The notes beneath the pieces are model-generated. The model did no database searches. It was given only the letters and a program-made list of their open reading frames with translations, and was not told where the DNA came from. This document shows, one piece after another, positions 49,441 to 60,521 of a stretch of DNA of 64,000 bases. Numbering within the stretch: the first letter of the stretch is position 1; each line of letters begins with the position of its first letter. The DNA comes from an uncultured Verrucomicrobiae bacterium (GTDB lineage Bacteria; Verrucomicrobiota; Verrucomicrobiia; Limisphaerales; Palsa-1400). The position numbers were made by a program, and so were the translations under genes. The DNA lies in NCBI GenBank assembly GCA_963707025.1, contig CAVPOM010000012.1:256001-320000 (forward strand). Direction: 5' to 3'.

Positions 49441-51789
49441 TCAAGGCGCAGGCGAGAGCACGACCACGTCTTTGGCTCGGCTGCGCGGGACGACTTGCAA
49501 ATGGGTGACTTTCCCGTGCTCGACATGGCCGGCCACGGTGGTTTGATATGGGGCGCACAATTTGAAATCGGCGGTCCAATCGTCCGGCCAGGCGGGCAAC
49601 AGTTGAATGCGCTTGCCGTCGCATTGCATGAGCATGAGCTGGAGCGTCATCATCCCCGCGCCGCCATTGTCCATGTCGGGAATCCAGTCGCTGTTTTTCG
49701 ACCAGAACCAGGGGAACTGCTGGTTTCCATAAGAAGTGAACTCCTGCACGACCACCTTTTTCGCCTCGGCGGTCAGGCCCAATATGGCCGATTCCAGGCC
49801 ATCTTGTCCCCAGCATTTTGCAAAGGGATAAAGGCGCGCCGCGTAGGTGTCCCTGGCCAGGCCCAAATTGGGTTTGCCGACGCCATAAAGGCGGTAAGGA
49901 AAAATGGTGTAAAGCTCGGGGTTCTCCCGGTTCTTGGGGCCGTCATATTTTTCCGCCGGCAGGATGACGGGTTTCCCGTCCGGGTCGCCGCGGCCCTTGG
50001 GCGGGAGCTTGCCGCCGGCGGTGGTGCCCATCGGAAGCGGCGGCAGATCCCGGGAAATCTTTGTCCATAAACTCTGCCGGGCGGGACCCGTCATGGCCGG
50101 AGGCAGGGAAAGAAGGCGGGGCAGAACGCACATCAAGCCCGCGATATCCGGCGTTGGGTTGCAGGCGGTTGCCTGATAGGTCTCAATCGCTTGCGATGGT
50201 TCCATGTGGATCTTGCCGTCCGCCCCGCGTTGCCAATGCTGATCGTAATAAGTCAGCACGGCATCGGCCATCGGCAGCAGGAAATCGCGGGCGAAACCGG
50301 CATCCTGGGTATAATCATACCGGTCCAACATTTGCGCCAGGACTTCCAGCCCGCCCTGGATGTGGTAGCGCATCCATTCGCTTTGCAATTCCGGCCCTTT
50401 ATTGTTCCAGCCGAAATCGTTGATGTTGGGCAAACCCCAAAAATAGATCGTCTCGATGAAGGCGCCTCCGTCGTGATGGAAGTAGGCCTGGGTCCGGTCT
50501 TTGGCCAGCGGCAGCGCCTGGACATACATATTGCACCACGGCGCCAGCAGGTCGTCATCCCCCGAGGCGATCAAGGGCCAGTAGATCAAACGAGTATTCT
50601 GATTCCAGAAAGAGGCGCCCCAAGCCCGGTAGTCGGGATCGTGATTGTTCTCCGAGCTGGTGACGCCTTGGGCCAGATCATGCCCGACGGTGAAGAGCGA
50701 GCCGTTGAATTTGATGGGCTGGGCGCCGCGCCCGGCGCAGGCGGTCATGTAGCGCTGCATGCCATAACTTTGGGAAACCTTGGCGGCTTCCGGTGTGCCT
50801 GCAACTTGCATCCAGCTCCGGTCCCAGAATGCAGTCCACCATTGCTGATGGGCCTTGCGCGCCGCCTCGATACTGATGGCCTCGGTCGAGGCGATCACTT
50901 TGCCCAAGGCCGCCTGCCAGGCTTCAGGCGCGTCGGTTTGCCGGGTGAGCGCATAGAGGTCGAGGCGAACGGATCGCGAAGCTTTGGCCCTTTTCAGCGT
51001 CAGGTCATCGCTGCTCACCAGTCCGGGGCCTTTCATGGTGATTCCAAAGCAACGATGCAAAAGCGGGTCCGGATAACGTGGCAGCAGTGACTCCAAATGC
51101 TCGCGCTCGAATACCAGCGGGTAAATGCTGTTGGAATTGAAGTGACACCAGGAAATGCAATTATTCTGCGCCGGCAAAATCGTGTCGGGCCCAAAATTGA
51201 GACCGTTCGGATCGTTGCCCCATTCGAAGAAGCCCCCCCGCGAAACCGCCTGAGCCCCGAGGTGATAGGAATTCGAGCGCCACAACTCAGACCGCGCCTC
51301 CAGTTGCACCGGTTGCTCGGTCTGGACCTCCAGGTGGACCACGGGGTGGTTCGCATCCACCCATACGCGCGCGACATTTTTCCCCGCTTGAATCTGAACT
51401 TCGCCCGCTTCCAGTTTCAAAGTTTGCGTGAGGGCGGCGGGAGGAGCGAACGGGTTGGGCGTCAACTTCACGCGCACCCGTCCCAGCTTGAGCAACTGTC
51501 CATTCTCACTCCAGGCATCCGACTTCGCCAACAGCAGGACAATGTCTCCGTTTTGTTCGGTCCAAACATTGAGCGCGACGTCTCCGTTGCCGAGCGGCAT
51601 CGAGTTGTTCTCGTTTTTGCCCGCGGCATTCCAGGTGACATCATTCGCGGCGGCGAATTGGTTCGCCTGCGCCAACAAAGCCAGCGGCCAAAAGACCAGA
51701 AAGCAGAAGACAAGCATTCGTGGCATCAAGGAGCAAGCAGAATGCAACCTCTGAATATGCGGGCCAAGTTTTATCATGTGTTCGTTCAT
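49441..51789 (-). CDS. DUF5703 / GH95-like (alpha/alpha)6 glycoside hydrolase
   Basis: SMPLGNGD, PIKFNG, WNQNTRLIYW, ENPELY, LLPAWPDDW. Start uncertain. Confidence 0.78.
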   Translation of the reverse strand: MNEHMIKLGPHIQRLHSACSLMPRMLVFCFLVFWPLALLAQANQFAAANDVTWNAAGKNENNSMPLGNGDVALNVWTEQNGDIVLLLAKSDAWSENGQLLKLGRVRVKLTPNPFAPPAALTQTLKLEAGEVQIQAGKNVARVWVDANHPVVHLEVQTEQPVQLEARSELWRSNSYHLGAQAVSRGGFFEWGNDPNGLNFGPDTILPAQNNCISWCHFNSNSIYPLVFEREHLESLLPRYPDPLLHRCFGITMKGPGLVSSDDLTLKRAKASRSVRLDLYALTRQTDAPEAWQAALGKVIASTEAISIEAARKAHQQWWTAFWDRSWMQVAGTPEAAKVSQSYGMQRYMTACAGRGAQPIKFNGSLFTVGHDLAQGVTSSENNHDPDYRAWGASFWNQNTRLIYWPLIASGDDDLLAPWCNMYVQALPLAKDRTQAYFHHDGGAFIETIYFWGLPNINDFGWNNKGPELQSEWMRYHIQGGLEVLAQMLDRYDYTQDAGFARDFLLPMADAVLTYYDQHWQRGADGKIHMEPSQAIETYQATACNPTPDIAGLMCVLPRLLSLPPAMTGPARQSLWTKISRDLPPLPMGTTAGGKLPPKGRGDPDGKPVILPAEKYDGPKNRENPELYTIFPYRLYGVGKPNLGLARDTYAARLYPFAKCWGQDGLESAILGLTAEAKKVVVQEFTSYGNQQFPWFWSKNSDWIPDMDNGGAGMMTLQLMLMQCDGKRIQLLPAWPDDWTADFKLCAPYQTTVAGHVEHGKVTHLQVVPRSRAKDVVVLSPAP

Positions 51790-51962
51790 GATGCCACCTT
51801 GGCTGTCTGGTGTCATCCCCGCTTTCGGGGATATTTCCCGCGGCCCGCGCGGCATACTTTGAATGATACCCGAGGATGGAGCGGGCGGCGTTTCGTCTCG
51901 TGCGCGATGCTCTTTCCGTGTTTAAACTTGGATGCTGGCGCCGCCAATACGCAAATTTTATC

Positions 51963-53282
51963 ATGAACAAACTTCTCCTTGGCGTTTTCTTTTTAGGCTC
52001 GTGCGTGATTCCAACTTATGCCCAGACCAAACACAGTCCGTCCTCCCGGTTTCCAACCTACGAGGGCCGGGTAATGTGCGGCTACCAGGGCTGGTTTCGC
52101 GCGGAAGGCGACGGCTCCGGCGAAGGCTGGAGCCACTATAGCGAGCGGGGCCCGCTGACCGCCGCGAGTTTGCATCCCGACTTTTGGCCGGATGTCGCGG
52201 AATACGAAAAGACTTACCCCACCTCCCTGACCAACAAGGATGGAACCACCGCCCGCGTCTTCAGCTCCGTGGATCAAAGCACCACCGACCTGCATTTCCG
52301 CTGGATGCGGCAATATGGGATTGACGGTGTTTTTGTGCAGCGCTTTTTTGGCGGCCTGCGTTCGCCGGAAAGCCGCAAAAAGAGCCGGCTGGTCTTGGAG
52401 AATGCCATCCAATCCTCGCAGAAATACGGCCGCGCCATTGCGGTGATGTACGACCTTTCCGGTCTCAACCGCGGCGGTGATTGCCTGGCCCTGATCCAAG
52501 ATTGGAAGGAATTGGTGGATGAATTGAAAGTGACCTCGCAGGCGACCAACAATTATCTTTATCACCGGGGGAAACCGCTGGTGGTCATTTGGGGATTGGG
52601 CTTTCCAGATCGTCCTTACGACATTAAGAATATCGGCGTGGACAAGGTGATCACCTTTCTTAAGAACGATCCCGAGTATGGTGGTTGCTCGGTCATGCTG
52701 GGCGTGCCAACCTATTTCCGGGACTTGAACGTGGACACCAATCCCGATCCTTATCTTCACAAATTGATTGAGATGTCGGATGTGGTCATGCCTTGGATGG
52801 TGCAACGCTTCACACCGCTGGTGCATATGTTTGATGCCGCCCGTTACGAGGAACAGGTCAAGGCGGACCTGGCCTGGTGCAACGCACGGCATGTGGATTA
52901 TGCGCCCTGTGTTTCTGCTGGATTCAGTTGGTCCAACATGCACAATCATGGCCGGGGCGAAAACGCCCTGATTTATCCGTTGAACCAGATTCCGCGTGAA
53001 AAGGGACGGTTCTATTGGTCTGAAATCAGCGGAGCCATAGATGCCAAGGCGAAAATGCTTTATGTGGCCATGTTTGACGAAATGGATGAGGGGACGGCCA
53101 TTTTCAAGTGTTCCAACAACCCGCCGGCTGGCGTTGCCTTGTGCGACTACGAGGGCCTGCCGACGGATCATTACTTATGGCTGACCGGCAAAGCAGGGCA
53201 AATGCTGCGCGGGGAAATTCCGTTTTCAACCCGCCTGCCGGTTCGCGAGAAGTCGGAACCATCGCTCGATAGCAAGTTATGA
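51963..53282 (+). CDS. GH71/GH99-like glycoside hydrolase (xylosidase-like)
   Basis: VMCGYQGWF, HFRWMRQYGIDGVFVQRF, MYDLSG, YVAMFDEMDEGTAIFK. Confidence 0.8.
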   Translation: MNKLLLGVFFLGSCVIPTYAQTKHSPSSRFPTYEGRVMCGYQGWFRAEGDGSGEGWSHYSERGPLTAASLHPDFWPDVAEYEKTYPTSLTNKDGTTARVFSSVDQSTTDLHFRWMRQYGIDGVFVQRFFGGLRSPESRKKSRLVLENAIQSSQKYGRAIAVMYDLSGLNRGGDCLALIQDWKELVDELKVTSQATNNYLYHRGKPLVVIWGLGFPDRPYDIKNIGVDKVITFLKNDPEYGGCSVMLGVPTYFRDLNVDTNPDPYLHKLIEMSDVVMPWMVQRFTPLVHMFDAARYEEQVKADLAWCNARHVDYAPCVSAGFSWSNMHNHGRGENALIYPLNQIPREKGRFYWSEISGAIDAKAKMLYVAMFDEMDEGTAIFKCSNNPPAGVALCDYEGLPTDHYLWLTGKAGQMLRGEIPFSTRLPVREKSEPSLDSKL

Positions 53283-55486
53283 AAAAAAGATACCTTCAGA
53301 TTCTGGCGGTCGGGCTGGCTCTCGGCCTGAATACCGCTCGCGCGCAATTGGAATACGTTGATCCGACCATCGGCGGCGAGGGATTCCTGCTGGAACCGAC
53401 GCGCCCGACGGTTTCCCTGCCGAACAGCATGGTCCGCGTCTATCCGGTGCGCAAGGACCAATTGGATGATCAGATCAGTTCGTTTCCCTTGACCATCATT
53501 TCGCATCGTATGGGTGAATTATTTTGGCTGATGCCGTGCCCCGGCCCGGCTGATGCGGATGCCTGGAAGCGCCCGGCGGCTTATGACCAGGAAATAACCA
53601 CGCCTTATTATTATTCCACCCGGTTCGATGAATCGCTTCTTCGGACGGAATTTACCCCCACCGCACGTTGCGGTTATTACCGCTTCACCTTTCCCTCCGG
53701 CACGCCGACGGTGTTGCTGGCCAACCGGTTGGAGGGCGAGCTTTCCGACGGCGGGAGCAATAGTGTATCGGGGGTGGAGCGGTTCCACCAGATGCAGGCG
53801 TTTTTCTTCGGGGAGTTCAGCGCGCCGGTCGAGATTCAATCCACCGCCCGGAACCGCCGGATGGCGGCGTCATCAAAAGGGGGCAACAAGGTCCTGGAGT
53901 TTCGCTACGGGATCTCGTTCATCAGCGTGGAACAGGCTCGGAAGAATTTGCGAGAGGAGATTCCGGCCTGGAACTTTGAGAAAGTGAAGAACAACGCCCG
54001 CGACCGCTGGAGCAAAGTCCTGGGGCAGGTGCGGGTGGAAGGCGGCACGCCGGAGCAAAAGCGTGTTTTCTATACCGCCTTGTATCGCTGTTCGGAACGG
54101 ATGGTCAATATCACGGAGGATGGAAGTTACTATAGCGCTTTCGACCACCAAGTGCATCAGGACGCGCGCCCCTTTTATGTGGACGACTGGCTGTGGGATA
54201 CTTACCGGGCCTTGGAACCGTTGCAGACATTATTAAATCCACAAATGGAAGCCGACAAAATCCAGTCCTACGTCCGCATGTATCAGCAATTGGGTTGGAT
54301 GCCGGAGTTTGCCGTGCTTTGGGGCAATCACGAATGCATGACCGGCAACCCTGTCGCCGCATGGACGGCCGATGTCTGGGCCAAGGGCGTCACTAATTTC
54401 GATGTGGCAAGTGCCTACGCCGGCATCCGCAAAAACTCCGTGGAAGGCACCTGGCTCCCCTGGCGCAGAGGGCCAAAATGTTCCTTGGATGATTTCTTCG
54501 CCGAGCACGGATACATGCCCGCGCTCAAACCTGGCGAAAGAGAAACCGTGTCTCAGGTCAACCGCGGCGAGCGGCGCCAGGCCGTCTCCGTCACGCTGGC
54601 GCAAAGTTACGATGACTGGTGTACGGCGCAGTTGGCCGGATCGTTGCATCATGACGCCGATTACCAGTTCTTCCTCAAACGCGCCGCCAACTACAAGAAC
54701 GTTTTCCGAGTGGACAAGAATTGCGTCTGGCCCAAGGACAGCGACGGCAACTGGATCGAACCGTATGATGAGGGCTTTTCCGGCGGCCAGGGCGGACGGG
54801 ATTACACCACCGAGAATAACGGCTTTACCTACGACTGGGATGTCCAGCACGACTTGCAGGGCTTGTTTGAATTGATGGGCGGGCGGGCCAAAGCGGAGGC
54901 GAAACTGGACCAGCTTTATCGGGAACCACTTGGCCGGAGCAAGTACGAATTCTGGGCGAAGTTCCCCGATGCCAGCGGCCTGGCGGGCCAATTCTCCATG
55001 GGCAACGAGCCCAGCCTGCACATCCCCTACCTCTACAACTACCTGGGCGCGCCTTGGAAAACACAAAAGCGCATCCGCATGCTGCTGGATGCTTTCTTCC
55101 CCGATACCTTGCTCGGCATGCCCGGCGACGAGGATGGCGGGGGGATGTCGGCGTTTGTGGTTTTCTCCATGATGGGATTTTATCCGGTCACACCTGGCGT
55201 GCCGATCTATGACATTGGCAGCCCGGTGTTCGACCGCATCACTCTCCATCTGCCCAATGGGAAAACGCTGCGGATCATTTGCCGGGACAACTCGAAGGAC
55301 AACAAATATGTGCAAAGCATCCAGCTCAACGGCAAGGCGCTGTCACAAGTCTGGTTTAAACACGCTGACATTGTCAACGGTGGCACCCTGGAACTGAAGA
55401 TGGGCAATACTCCAAACTTGCGATTGGGAGCGGACTCCGCTTCATTCCCGCCCTCCGCCATGAACTTGAAAGTTGGAGACCTTTAA
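53279..55486 (+). CDS. GH92 alpha-mannosidase
   Basis: YVDPTIG, FYTALY, LWDTYR, GNEPS, PGDEDGGGMSA, GFYPV. Confidence 0.93.
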   Translation: MKKRYLQILAVGLALGLNTARAQLEYVDPTIGGEGFLLEPTRPTVSLPNSMVRVYPVRKDQLDDQISSFPLTIISHRMGELFWLMPCPGPADADAWKRPAAYDQEITTPYYYSTRFDESLLRTEFTPTARCGYYRFTFPSGTPTVLLANRLEGELSDGGSNSVSGVERFHQMQAFFFGEFSAPVEIQSTARNRRMAASSKGGNKVLEFRYGISFISVEQARKNLREEIPAWNFEKVKNNARDRWSKVLGQVRVEGGTPEQKRVFYTALYRCSERMVNITEDGSYYSAFDHQVHQDARPFYVDDWLWDTYRALEPLQTLLNPQMEADKIQSYVRMYQQLGWMPEFAVLWGNHECMTGNPVAAWTADVWAKGVTNFDVASAYAGIRKNSVEGTWLPWRRGPKCSLDDFFAEHGYMPALKPGERETVSQVNRGERRQAVSVTLAQSYDDWCTAQLAGSLHHDADYQFFLKRAANYKNVFRVDKNCVWPKDSDGNWIEPYDEGFSGGQGGRDYTTENNGFTYDWDVQHDLQGLFELMGGRAKAEAKLDQLYREPLGRSKYEFWAKFPDASGLAGQFSMGNEPSLHIPYLYNYLGAPWKTQKRIRMLLDAFFPDTLLGMPGDEDGGGMSAFVVFSMMGFYPVTPGVPIYDIGSPVFDRITLHLPNGKTLRIICRDNSKDNKYVQSIQLNGKALSQVWFKHADIVNGGTLELKMGNTPNLRLGADSASFPPSAMNLKVGDL

Positions 55487-55494
55487 ACGCTGGT

Positions 55495-56796
55495 TCAAGG
55501 CTGCGCGGCGTCCGGTTCGTCGGCCGCGTTGTCGTGGATTTGGAATTTAAGCGAGCTGTGGTTCGCGATGCGCAATCTGCCACGCATCAGGTTGTCCGAA
55601 ATCACCGCCCGGCGCACTTCGGTTCCCAGATCCACCTGCGGTTTGTTCTTCTGAAACTCGCAACCGCGCACCAGCACGCTGCCGCCGACGGCCTGCACCG
55701 CGGCACGCCCTTCGTTGTGGTGGTCCCAATCGCAAAAGGTGCAATCGGAAAAGCCCACGGTACCGCCCGCGATTTTGGCGATTTGATTGCAAGGCCCCCA
55801 AAAGGCGCAGTTGGAAAAACGCACGACGCCCCGGTTGCTCGCTCCCACCTCCACCATGGTTGGGTCGGGCCCGTGGAAAGAAGTGAATTCCCCGTTGCCA
55901 ATGAGCAGGCCAAAGGGCGCGGACTGCTCGACCTGCACGGCGGTGTAGCAATCATCGGCCCCGATGCCCAGAAAATTCCCATTGCACTCCCCGCGGGCGG
56001 TGTGAATGAATTTGTAGCCCACCTTGTAACCGAAGCAAAAAGTGTTGAGCACATACTCCCAGTCGCTCCGGCCGAAGATGAACGCTTCGCCGTTTTCCAA
56101 CTCCCATTGGTAGGCAGGACTGTTGCCGGCGCCGCTCCACCAGGGATTGAAATGCACATTTTCGATGCGGCCGATGTCGAGAATGTTGTCCACATAGACC
56201 CCGCGGCGCAAGGGTTGCCCGGAGATGTTGCGCAGCAAATGCCGCTCGCTGCCGCTCGTGTTTATGCCGTTGTAGGGGTTGAGCATTTCAACATCCAGCA
56301 CGGCGGGGTTCTTGCCATGCGTCGCAATGGCGTAAGGATAGGCCTTCGGCTCGACCGCGGCCTTTTGCCGCGGATAGAAAAGTACGACGCCGCTCAAAGT
56401 GCTGTTGTCGTTGAGCCGGATAAACGGGTCGCCATTTTCTTTTCCTTCGTTTTCCGTGATCAGAAAAGTCGTGCCGTCATCCGTCGGCTTTTCCCGGTCG
56501 CGATCACGAAAACCGAGATGGGACGGGACGGACTTCCAGAGGCCTTGCAGCGTCACGGCATTGGGAACATTCAGATGGCCGGCAAAAAAATAGTTTCCAC
56601 GATCCGCCATAACAGTGCCTCCGCCCGCCTGGCCTGCCGCCTCGAGGGCTTTTTGAAAGGCCGCTGTATCATCATTCGTGCCGTCGCCTTTGGCGCCGTA
56701 ATCGCGGACCGAATACACATTGGCCGGCTGCGCATGGGCACGGGCGAGGCCCAGGCAAAGAACCACCAAAGGGACCGTGAATCGTAGTTTATACAT
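55495..56796 (-). CDS. Secreted right-handed beta-helix protein (Pectate_lyase_3 / GH28-related)
   Basis: Signal peptide, SVRDYGAKGDGTNDDTAAFQKAL, repeated beta-helix coils. Confidence 0.85.
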   Translation of the reverse strand: MYKLRFTVPLVVLCLGLARAHAQPANVYSVRDYGAKGDGTNDDTAAFQKALEAAGQAGGGTVMADRGNYFFAGHLNVPNAVTLQGLWKSVPSHLGFRDRDREKPTDDGTTFLITENEGKENGDPFIRLNDNSTLSGVVLFYPRQKAAVEPKAYPYAIATHGKNPAVLDVEMLNPYNGINTSGSERHLLRNISGQPLRRGVYVDNILDIGRIENVHFNPWWSGAGNSPAYQWELENGEAFIFGRSDWEYVLNTFCFGYKVGYKFIHTARGECNGNFLGIGADDCYTAVQVEQSAPFGLLIGNGEFTSFHGPDPTMVEVGASNRGVVRFSNCAFWGPCNQIAKIAGGTVGFSDCTFCDWDHHNEGRAAVQAVGGSVLVRGCEFQKNKPQVDLGTEVRRAVISDNLMRGRLRIANHSSLKFQIHDNAADEPDAAQP

Positions 56797-57059
56797 GACA
56801 TTAAAAAGGTATTGCTTCCGGCCCAACGCGACCGCTATGCGAACATTCGCCCTCGGGCAATCATTCAAATCAATCTCCCGGCAGTTTATTGTTTATGGCG
56901 CAATTTAATGAAACTACCAGGAAAGAGAGGGCTGCGACAATCCCCGCTTTCGGGGATAATCAGAACGCGGCAATCGCCAAAAGACATATTGACACCCTCC
57001 TGATTCTTGAGCATGCTGAAGGAGGATTTTCCATTTCACCTAATGGAAGCGCACTGATT

Positions 57060-58755
57060 ATGAAGTGGTGGTTGATTTTCATTGTCTTCAAATTGGAATG
57101 CTGTTCCTGCCCTCCGCTGTTGGCCCAAGCGGCGTCTCCCGGCGCAAAAACCATCGCGCTGGAAATTCAGGCCGTGACGGTGAGAGGCAAACCGGTGACT
57201 GTGCGCAAAGGAGGCGAGGCGAACCTGGGGGCGTTCGCCGAGGATATCGCGTTCCAGTTTGGTCCCATCACGCATTCGGGACCAGATCCCGTTCGCCTTC
57301 GCTATAAAATGGAGGGGTTTGAAAATGCCTGGCATGAAGGCGGAGGCGAAATGTATCTGGCGGTGCGCTTTTTCAACCGGCAGGAAGACCAAATCTACCA
57401 GACCAATTTTCCCATCCATCGCGAAAGCGAAGGCTGGAATGGCTCGCTGAAAAGCTCCCCGCTGACCCACCGCCGGGAAACGGTGGTGGCCCCGGCGAAC
57501 GCCGCCAGCGTTTGGATCGTCATTTCCTCCGCCGGGCCGCCGGCCACCGTCGGCATCTACGTCATCGCCGACTTTGGTGGTTTCAAAATCTTCCGGCAAC
57601 TCGACTTTTGTTAAAATCATCCAAGCGCCTTTTGAACACCAGGTCGTTGACGAGGAGGAGGACAATCAGGCTCCGCCCGGCTGGGGCCGTGACGGCACCC
57701 ACGCCAGCATGGCGAAAATCGTGAAGTACGGAGTTGATCCCGCGACCAAAGCCCTGGCCATTCTGGATGATGATCCAATGAGCCATGCCGAGTGGCACAC
57801 CATCAGAGAGTTTGCGCCCAAGGTTGCGCCGGGAGATCATTTATTGGTCGAATGGAACGAAATGTACAGCATCGGCGTGGGAGATTATCGCTTTGCCAAC
57901 TACTCTCATCTTCCTCCCGGCAACTTCCGGTTCGATGTCCTGCCTGCCGATATTATGGGGCAGCCGGTTGCCCCCGCAGCCACACTCGCGGTCTGGGTGC
58001 CGCAGCCCTTTTGGCGGATGCTTTGGTTTTGGTGCATCCTGCTCATCGTCATCACCGGCGTCTCCATCGGCGGAGGCCGCTATTGGGTGTGGCACCGTAT
58101 GCGCCGGGAAATGTTGCGCCTCAAGAACGAGCAGGCCCTGGAGCAGGAGCGTTTGCGCATTGCCCACGACATCCACGATGACCTGGGCGCCCGCGTCACG
58201 CAAATCTGCCTGGTGAGCGCGATGGCGCAAAACAATGCCGCTTTCCCCGAGAAGGCGCGCACCGACTTTGATCGCATTTCCAAAATGTCGCGCGAATTGG
58301 TTTCCGCCCTCTACGAAACTGTCTGGGCCGTCAATCCGGAAAACGACAATCCGGAAGCGCTGGGAAATTATTTGTGCCAGATCGTGAACCGCTTGTGTGA
58401 TGGGATGCAGATTCGATGCCGCTTTCATGTGGCCGACCTGCCCCGGGAAGTCCAGGTCTCCAGCCAGACCCGCCATAGTATCAGCCTGGCCGTAAAAGAA
58501 GCGGTGCATAATGTGATTAAACACGCCAAGGCTTCTGAGATTACCATGCACATCACGATGAAGGATGATTTGCTGACCATCACGGTGCAGGATGACGGCT
58601 GCGGCTTCGAACCGGTGCAGAACTGCGCCGGAAACGGCCTGCGCAACATGAAGCTGCGTTTGGAGAGCATTGGCGGGGTCTGCTCGGTCGAAAGCAAACC
58701 TGGGAAAGGAACGGCCATTGAGTTGCGCCTGGTGATCCAGCAGCGGGCCAAATGA
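57060..58755 (+). CDS. Sensor histidine kinase (HisKA_3) with periplasmic Y_Y_Y / CBM-like region, frameshift near 57573
   Basis: RYKMEGFENAW...YSHLPPGNFRF, TM, ERLRIAHDIHDDLG, KEAVHNVIKHA, DDGCGF, GNGLRNM. Confidence 0.9.
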
Positions 58756-58815
58756 ACCCGTCCAGAATGACCGCGGGTTGCGCCCCCGGCCCACGAGAAC
58801 GGCAGAATTAGATAT

Positions 58816-59448
58816 ATGAGAAAATTAGTTATGATTGTTGAAGATGACCGGGGGTTGCGGGAGGAGATCGTGCAAATCCTGGAATCCGCTCCCGACATCA
58901 AATGTATCGGAGCCTTCGCCTCCGCGGAAGTGGCGTTGCCCAAAATTCTGGAGACACGTCCTGACGTGGTGCTGATGGACATTGGGCTGCCGGGCATGTC
59001 CGGCATCGAGTGCGTGAGTGAGATCAAGAAGGCCGCCCCGGACATGCAAATCATCATGGTGACAGTCTATGAGGACAGCGAACGAATTTTCCGCGCTCTC
59101 AAAGCCGGAGCCATCGGTTATCTGGTCAAAAGCAGCCACCCCAATCAATTGCTCCAAGCGATTCGTGACGCCAATAAGGGCGGGGCGCCGATGTCCAGCC
59201 ATATCGCTTTGAAAGTGGTCAAGCATTTTCATATGGTTGGCCTTTCACCCAAGGAATCAGAGAATTTGTCGCCGCGCGAAAGGGAAGTCATTGACCTGCT
59301 CGCGCTGGGCTTCATTTACAAGGAAATCGGGGACAAGCTCAATATCGGAGCGGAGACCGTTCGGACACACGTTAAGAATATCTGTCTGAAAATGCATGTG
59401 CGCGGCCGCATTGAAGCCGTGGCCAGACATACCGCGGAATCCCGCTAA
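58816..59448 (+). CDS. NarL/LuxR-family response regulator
   Basis: IVEDD, VLMDIGLP, GYLVK, LSPRERE...TVRTHVKNI. Confidence 0.95.
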   Translation: MRKLVMIVEDDRGLREEIVQILESAPDIKCIGAFASAEVALPKILETRPDVVLMDIGLPGMSGIECVSEIKKAAPDMQIIMVTVYEDSERIFRALKAGAIGYLVKSSHPNQLLQAIRDANKGGAPMSSHIALKVVKHFHMVGLSPKESENLSPREREVIDLLALGFIYKEIGDKLNIGAETVRTHVKNICLKMHVRGRIEAVARHTAESR

Positions 59449-59627
59449 CCGTCCGTTCAAAAGGCGGCCGGTGAGGGCGCTTCCTTCTGGCGCAACGGCA
59501 TCTTGGACCAATTAGCAAAACACTGAATTACCAATGACAAATACTCAATGGCAAATTCTCAATTTCCTGCCGGCAGCAACAGCTCATGTGTTCCCAGGAT
59601 TGAAAATTGGTCATCGGTTATCTCTCC

Positions 59628-60518
59628 TTAACGCCAGCCGGGAAACCGCCAGCGGTTTTGAATGTACTGGTAATCCTTGGCCGAAGCTCCTCCATTCGGG
59701 AGCATCCACTGGCCCGCCGTGTTTTGTCCGGTGGAGGCTTCCAGGCCGGCCGTGATGGCGGCTTGGTAGGTCCATTTATGACTCTCCACATGGCCGTCCA
59801 CGAAGCCCCAAACATTCACATTGACATGATACATGCCCAGCGGATCCTCCGGGGTGAACACCCAGGGGGTGGTGCCCACCACGCCATTCAAGACGAAGGT
59901 TCCCTCGTCAAATCCGCGCCAGTCAGTATCCTCCACCTCTGCAAAGGTCATGGAGGGAGCCGTAATGTCGGACGCTTTGTTAATGGTGGCGCCCTGACCC
60001 CAATAACTATCGTAGGATTCGCCGCCGTAGTTCTGCGTCTTGGAATAAGTGCAGAAGGCAAATCCGCCCCCGCCGGTGGGCCGGGAGATGCGCGTATCGC
60101 CCGGGCAATGGAAACTATTCACGTTCTTGACGTAGGGGTAGAGGATGCTGTTCGTCAGTGCCTCTTTGGCGTTTTCCAGGGCCGCCGCCTGACTCACACC
60201 TGGAAAATCATTCCCTTGAGACAGGGTGGGCCATCCATAATAGCCGCCGGCATCGTCACCGTTTGCATCCAGAAAAAATGGCAACACCACATTGCGGTAG
60301 TCGTCCGAATACATGGTCAAACCCAGAACAAACTGCTTTTCATTGTTCCGGCAGTAAGTTTCCTGGGCTTTCTTTTTGGCGTTGGCCAAGACCGGCAGCA
60401 ACAAGGCCGCCAAGATGGCGATAATGGCTATCACCACCAATAACTCGATCAACGTGAAGCCAGCACGCCAGGAAGCTGAACCACACCAGTGCTTTTGCGT
60501 CAAACGCTTCATATTCAT
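59628..60518 (-). CDS. Prepilin-type N-terminal cleavage/methylation protein with H-X9-DG motif
   Basis: [53 protein letters not shown]. Start ATG 60518 or 60512; the ORF-track extension to 60572 is IS sequence. Confidence 0.93.
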   Translation of the reverse strand: MNMKRLTQKHWCGSASWRAGFTLIELLVVIAIIAILAALLLPVLANAKKKAQETYCRNNEKQFVLGLTMYSDDYRNVVLPFFLDANGDDAGGYYGWPTLSQGNDFPGVSQAAALENAKEALTNSILYPYVKNVNSFHCPGDTRISRPTGGGGFAFCTYSKTQNYGGESYDSYWGQGATINKASDITAPSMTFAEVEDTDWRGFDEGTFVLNGVVGTTPWVFTPEDPLGMYHVNVNVWGFVDGHVESHKWTYQAAITAGLEASTGQNTAGQWMLPNGGASAKDYQYIQNRWRFPGWR

Positions 60519-60521
60519 ATT

